A stretch of 64,000 nucleotides of DNA from Takakia lepidozioides. Taxonomy: Eukaryota; Plantae; Bryophyta. The notes under the pieces are model-generated. The model was not told the DNA's origin. It ran no database searches and saw only the letters and a list, made by a program, of their open reading frames with translations. The translations under genes and the position numbers were made by a program. The stretch covers positions 26,474,001 to 26,538,000 of the forward strand of contig CM060733.1 in assembly GCA_030704615.1 (NCBI GenBank). Direction: 5' to 3'. Each line of letters starts with the position of its first letter. The stretch's first letter is position 1. Positions 61,862 through 64,000 of the stretch are shown piece after piece.

Positions 61862-63897
61862 TCAAGGGGCCAGGACCAGCACTTTGATTGTGCCTTGCGA
61901 GTTGGCCGCCAGCATGGTCGGGCTCTCACTCTTCCAGCACACAGCACTTATAAAGTGTGAAGCATCATCGTCACTTTCATCAGGGTCAGGTGACCCAAAC
62001 CTGTGCCACAAGGCTGGTTTGGACATTGCCTGCAACACCACCACAAACAGATTTCATGATTATTAGCAAGAGAGAGCATCCACACTATAGAGTCAGATCA
62101 AACTCTGAGATAGCCTTACATCCGTGGTCACCGCAGATACTAATCTCAAGGGCTGGTCAAGGGATCTCAGCCCATCAGGAAGCAAAATTGAGTGTCAATT
62201 TAAGAGCTGTCAAAATAGTACAAAAGGCAGCGGACTTCTTCCAGCGTTCTTAGCCCCAGCTTGCAACAGCTGTGACATGCCACTGTGCTACGCTTTTGAG
62301 AGCAAGTACGCTGCAAAAACAGGTACTGTGCAGTGGAAATGTTCAGAGTGCTGCCTGTGGGTTGATCTGAGACTCAAAAATGACCATCTTGAGCAGTGAT
62401 CATTATGAGCTACTCAAGAGAGAGGTTGCCAAAGAACCTTTGAACTTGGATTCTGCTAGGGTGTAAGAACAGACCCTTTCCATATATGGAATGAGTAGAA
62501 CAAAAGTAGAAGTTCATTCCTGGGGGATCCAACTTATTCATCAACAGTATGCGACAAAAACAATACATATAGATCACCATTGTTGGCATACGTCGTGTCT
62601 GACAAGGACTATCTCAGTATCCAGAATTGCTCTATTAAATTGGAGGACCACTCCTTTAAAGAACCCCGTAGCAATGGTTTTGGAGATGCTGCATAAATGT
62701 GTGGTCTCTTTCAATGTCCAACCCCCTTATCACGAGAACATAAAAAAAATTGATAAATGGCAGGCCAACTGCACACCGACAGACGTATGCATCGATAACA
62801 CTGGCCTTACGTGAAAGCTTAGTGGAAACTTGGGATAAAATAAATGTACCTTGTGATAGACAAAGACCTCATTTGTCTCACTGCCGCACGCAATATATTC
62901 GCTGTTGACAGTCAACCCCACAAAATTCTTCTCATTTGTGTGCCCCTTCAGAGTTCTAATCTGCTCCCATCATACATCCAGGCCGACAACACCACGAGTC
63001 AACAAAGGAGGAGCTGCTCTTCATATCAGGCCTAAGTATTATGCTCTAAAGCACCTACTTCCAATGAATTCCCTGCAACCAAGTAAGTTCAGGGCTCAAA
63101 TAAGCCAGAGGGCAGGTAGGATCACCTACTGGAACAGGCCAGACAATTCTCATTAGTAGTCTGCGTTCAGTTCCTAATGATTGAACAACTTACCATGATA
63201 GCTTAACAGAAGTCCCAAAACAAGAATGCCCTAATCAACCTCGATGAGATGCAGGTAGAAACCATCCCTCATTGCCTTTCAGTCCTTGTCAAGACCTGCT
63301 GCGATCATTCAACTACACTTAGCGTGAGATGATGACAAGCAAGCTAGATTTAAAAGTAGGGAGAGTGAGTAACTTACAGAGGAGTTTTCTTGCACATCCC
63401 ACAGCTGCAAAGTGCTGTCGGTTGATGCAGAGGCAAGTTCATTTGGTGAAATGAATTTGACGTATGAAACAGCTTTGCGATGGCCTTTGAACACATAAAG
63501 GGGCAAATTTGCATTTCGAAGATCAAAGTAGTGAATATGGTGATCTGCTGAACCGACCTGCAAACGTCAGCTCTGTCAGACCAATTAAGTTTTTAAGCCA
63601 ACGTCACCGGGTGTACCTCCTCACCGGTATAGGGAGATCCTGGAGGAAGGAGTGCAGGAAGGAGTCTGAAGTCACAGAGTACGACACACACATACAAGGG
63701 AAAACTCGTCTTAAGTTATTCAGTCATTAATTTGATGAGGAATATCATCTATCAAGGAATAGATGTGGCAGCAGAAGGTAGGAGGAGATTACCGCGACAA
63801 AGTTGCTGGAACCTGGATTGTACTTGACACAGCATATGTTCGCCTTCATGTCTATGTTGAGCACACTCGTCTCTTGCCTTGTACACCAAACCTTTAC
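61862..63897 (-). CDS. COP1: E3 ubiquitin ligase COP1, last four exons (WD40 domain); 5' part lies outside the window
   Basis: Exons 63897-63793, 63557-63378, 62960-62850, 62029-61862: [31 protein letters not shown]...[11 protein letters not shown]...[32 protein letters not shown]...[30 protein letters not shown]. Confidence 0.96.
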
Positions 63898-64000
63898 CTG
63901 GGAAAAGTTTACAACCTGCCTCAGTCCCAACTTCAACCAATGTCTGAACAATCTCTCTCTGAGAGAGAAAAAAAGACAATATAGGAAGAAGCCTTATGGG

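Noticed and set aside
1-64000. tRNA, rRNA or other structured ncRNA genes
   Set aside because: None recognised by eye; tRNAscan-SE or Infernal would be needed to exclude them.

Overview
Land-plant nuclear DNA (spliceosomal introns, PLS-type PPR fragment, COP1; most consistent with a bryophyte or other early-diverging lineage, species not determinable). The right-hand 10 kb holds two convergent host genes: a complete 9-exon coatomer alpha gene (54620-60609, +) and the 3' WD40 exons of COP1 (61862-63897, -). Almost everything from 3.9 to 52 kb is one nested stack of DNA transposons, most with readable ends and target-site duplications (TSDs). (1) A ~1.1-kb non-autonomous CACTA element (3915-52070; no matching TSD) is split by (2) a 47,020-bp Mutator/Foldback-type element (4215-51234). 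That element has a 9-bp TSD, kb-long TIRs built from a telomere-like GTAACCC/GGGTTAC minisatellite, an apparently intact MULE-SWIM transposase and a zinc-finger/Ulp1 protease gene. It contains (3) a 14,678-bp element (11140-25817; 8-bp TSD TGTAACCC) encoding a divergent DDE-SWIM transposase and an intron-containing gene that fuses a ParB/Srx-like domain to a beta-class N6A/N4C DNA-methyltransferase-like domain; these two genes are separated by ~3 kb of mirror-symmetric arrays of a 24-bp palindrome (TGGAAATTCGGCGCCGAATTTCCA). It also contains (4) a 15,432-bp CACTA element (28342-43773; TSD CCT) with a TnpD gene, a TnpA-like gene carrying an FCP1/NIF phosphatase domain, and shuffled LINE and PPR fragments. 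Elements 2 and 3 are each saturated with their own short motif in TIRs or subtermini, intergenic DNA and introns. The best candidate for an undescribed system is the ParB-methyltransferase transposon with its palindrome arrays. All domain calls are by eye from motifs; no database search was run.
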